This document shows, piece by piece, positions 60,996 to 64,000 of a stretch of DNA of 64,000 nt. Within the stretch, counting starts at the first letter, position 1. Each line of letters starts with the position of its first letter. The DNA comes from Octopus bimaculoides. Lineage: Eukaryota. The DNA lies in assembly GCF_001194135.2 (NCBI RefSeq), contig NC_068981.1, positions 47,436,799 through 47,500,798 on the forward strand. The letters are read 5' to 3'. Below the pieces are notes generated by a model that was not told the DNA's origin, did no database searches, and saw only the letters and a list, made by a program, of their open reading frames with translations. The position numbers and the translations under genes are program-made.

Positions 60996-61727
60996 GTAAT
61001 GGAAAAATACAATACACGTATTAGTTTCTTTTTTTTAGATTATAGTATAATATAATTATACTATATACATCCTTATTCATTAATTGTTTTTATCCTAGAA
61101 TATAGTAATTGTTGATAAAATATATTTCCTACTTCACCATAAATTCTGAACATATTCTATAGATCTTATTATATAATAAAACGGGCAGCGATTATTTTCG
61201 ATTAAAATATCTTTAAATTAATATTAATGGATACTGAAGAACACTTTATGAGTGTTGTAATTTTTCTCTACTTAATTATTTTATCTATTTGAATTTTGTT
61301 TTTGTTTTTATTATATTTCTTATATTTTTGAGTTATTAACGCTCACAATTGTAAACATAGGTATATCTTAAATTATTCTCTTTTATGATTTAGCAGTCCT
61401 AGCATGGAATGTGTGTCTGCTTTTTTGAACAAATATTACCTGTAAAAAACTCATATGCATAAATGCGAATTTTATGAATTCATTAGTGGATTTGAATCGA
61501 AACAACTTTTGGATTATATTTGTTTTAATTCTGCGTTATATTATATTATATAATATTTGTTTTGTAGTATAGTTATAATATAATATAATGTAAATAATAT
61601 TTTAATATCCCAATTGTATTTCTCTATTTCCTTTAATATTTTTATTTTTTAATATTATTTGTGGTAAACAGCTGAAGTACCAGTGAAGGAAATGTTTCTT
61701 TTTCTTGGTTTGAATAATTATAATAAT

Positions 61728-62136
61728 GAGATAGAGAATAGGAAGCTGGACATAGTTTTAATTGAGAATGAAAACAAAGTATGCTGAATCATAGAAATAG
61801 CATGCCCAGCTGACAACAATGTATGCGATACGGAAGAAAGATAAGTCGAGTGATATGACAGGTTAGCATGGGAAGTTAAGCAGTCGTGGTCGATGAAAAC
61901 GGTAGCACTAGTACCAATAATTGTCGGAGCCCTGGAACAGTTAGCAAAAATCTCGAGAGATACGTGGAACAAATAGGGGCTCCAATAAGGGTGGAGCACT
62001 TGCTGAAAACAGCACTGCTTGGAACAGCTCGAATACTCCGGAAATGCTCGAAAATTAAGAGTTGTTACCTTAGTTCACTGGTAGGGAACAGCTGACAATG
62101 TAATACATCCCCAGCGTTAGAAGCTGTGCAAAAAGC

Positions 62137-62172
<36 letters not shown>
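61728..62172 (+). mobile_element. R4/Dong subfamily-4 3' end with (AAT)n tail
   Basis: Reads NRKLDIVLIENENKV..IIEIACPADNNV...VPIIVGAL...LLKTALLGTARILRK. 3' UTR matches 10485-10555; (AAT)n at 62137-62172; AAT-like tract at the 5' junction. Confidence 0.9.
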
Positions 62173-62173
<1 letters not shown>

Positions 62174-63686
62174 TATACATACGAAGAGGGAAGGATATAG
62201 AAAGAGAAAAACCGTGCCAGCTAAGTACTTACTTTCATATATTCACAAGTTTTACATGTGCTCCCATACATGCATAGAAACCTATATGAGTAGAATGATT
62301 TTAATAGAATAAATTCCTTGGAACAATTCTACAACGAAATTTTTGCCATCGCTATCCTTTTTCATAAACGATTCTGTTGTACAGGAACGCATAACAATGA
62401 ATGATACATATTTATCCAAAGAAACGTTTAGCCATCCCTATTATTGAACAGTTTTCCTTCCCTTCCTTTTTTGCTTTCTGTTTAAAACCTATTTTGCCGT
62501 TGCCTTCCTTTCTTTCTTTGTCTCTAATCTATAAATGTATATGCCTTCATAGACTTTTAAATCAATATATCGGTAGAATTGTGAATATACGTGGATTTTT
62601 GTCTATATGCCTATTTAAGCACTTGTAATCGGGTACACAGCTTCTAAGTCAATGATGTGGAACTATATTGATCACTCAAGAAACTATGTTTCCTTCAAAC
62701 GTATTTAATTACTTTCGATATTAGCGACGTGCGCAAAGAAATTCTTGCCAAGTATTCTAAGGCTTTAGATATATTCACGAGATATCTTTTCAGACATAAC
62801 ATTTTGAAGGTTCTTAATGAAGTGAAGAATGTGTTTAATGATCTGCAAAATAAAATTGATTAATTAGGCATAATGTTCCATTAACAGATAATAAACCGAA
62901 AATATAGGATTATTTAAAATCATTATCTTCAAACGAATTAACCAACCTAAGGAAGCTATAAATCTTTAGCTGCAATAATATGTGTGCCAAATATTTATTA
63001 TATTGAACATGGTGAAATAGAAAAGAATTTTCTTTCCAGAGATTAATGTAATGTTAATGGTTGTTTGGAAGTCAATATTTTTTAAATACTTTTCTATTAT
63101 TGTACTTTGATTTAAATAAAACTGAACTTTATCGTAAGGCTGTAGATTTTCAAATGACATATTATGGGCAAATTATTAGCTATTTAAAAAAATGTTTTGT
63201 TAATAACATGCACGGCAAGGCTTTGTAAATTTGCTACACATAACAAGTTTCGATTCTGAAACGAAATAATGACCTTATGCATTTTATTGGTACAGATTTC
63301 TGCTACACACAGTCAATCACAATGGATATGTGGATATTTGTGTGTGTGTGTGTGTGTGTGTGGACGACTAAACCGGTGACTCTGCAGAGATTTCGCTGTG
63401 AGGAGAGTGTATGTCTCTTGCTATTTTGGCACCATACAGGAAGAAAAACAAGACCTGTATCAAGGCTACTGAACACTTACGGGACAATGGACACCAAAAT
63501 AGATTATACCTAAGAAACAGACGCCTGAATACCCCTTCTAGAAAAAGGAAACTCCAAATATTAAATCAAGATTACAAGAATCCCATATCCTAGGGTGGAG
63601 ATCCAGTCAATGATGTTTCACAGGCAAAATATATACTGGTGGTTGTGCAAACAAAAAGTTATTAACCCACATCATGTGTGCAGCAA

Positions 63687-63753
63687 TCTATATATATAAA
63701 AATGAGAATGTGTGTCTGTCTGTCTGTCTGTCTGTCTGCATGTATGTCTGTCC

Positions 63754-63807
<54 letters not shown>

Positions 63808-63900
63808 GTGAATCCCTAAAACTCGAGAACTACGCAACCAATTTCATTCAAATTTTAACTTCTTGCAGAGTTCGAGCCCCCAGCAACATAATATCTCCTC
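63687..63900 (+). mobile_element. Non-autonomous Helitron-like element (Lep1-type layout), 5' part
   Basis: A|TCTATATATATAAAAATGAGAATG start, internal (TGTC)n, then AACTACGCAACCAATTTCATTCAAATTT. The 3' CTAG end was not found in the window. Confidence 0.6.
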
Positions 63901-64000
63901 CACTATTTAAGTATTATGTGTCAAAAGTGAAACAAAAACACTCATGTCAAATACTTTCACTTTAAAAATGAAACTATTCTACTAACTGAAACAATCACAT

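Overview
AT-rich eukaryotic DNA with 11 N-gaps, almost all at (TA)n/(TG)n tracts. I find no host gene exon I can support. The SINE families, microsatellite load and LINE spectrum look like an octopus (coleoid cephalopod) genome; this is inferred from repeat recognition, not a database search. The window is a transposon graveyard. It holds about 15 fragments of R4/Dong-type restriction-like-endonuclease (RLE) LINEs from at least four subfamilies, mostly bounded by (TAA)n tracts. It also holds an L1/Tx1 ORF2 relic, an ORF1-only Tx1-like insert, an RTE relic, a Ty3/Gypsy gag-pol relic, a Merlin transposase relic, Helitron/Helentron-type non-autonomous pieces and three tRNA-type SINE families. The most notable signal is seven type I hammerhead-ribozyme motifs in three unrelated small repeat families. 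The best-preserved copies read stem I - CTGATGA - stem II - GAAAC - palindromic stem III - GTC/GTT - stem I'. Copies occur in tandem, circularly permuted and inverted arrangements, as expected for Penelope pseudo-LTRs or non-LTR retrozymes. Two hammerheads lie just downstream of R4/Dong tails, and one repeat is split by the ORF1-only element. All alignments and translations were done by eye, so TE boundaries are approximate.
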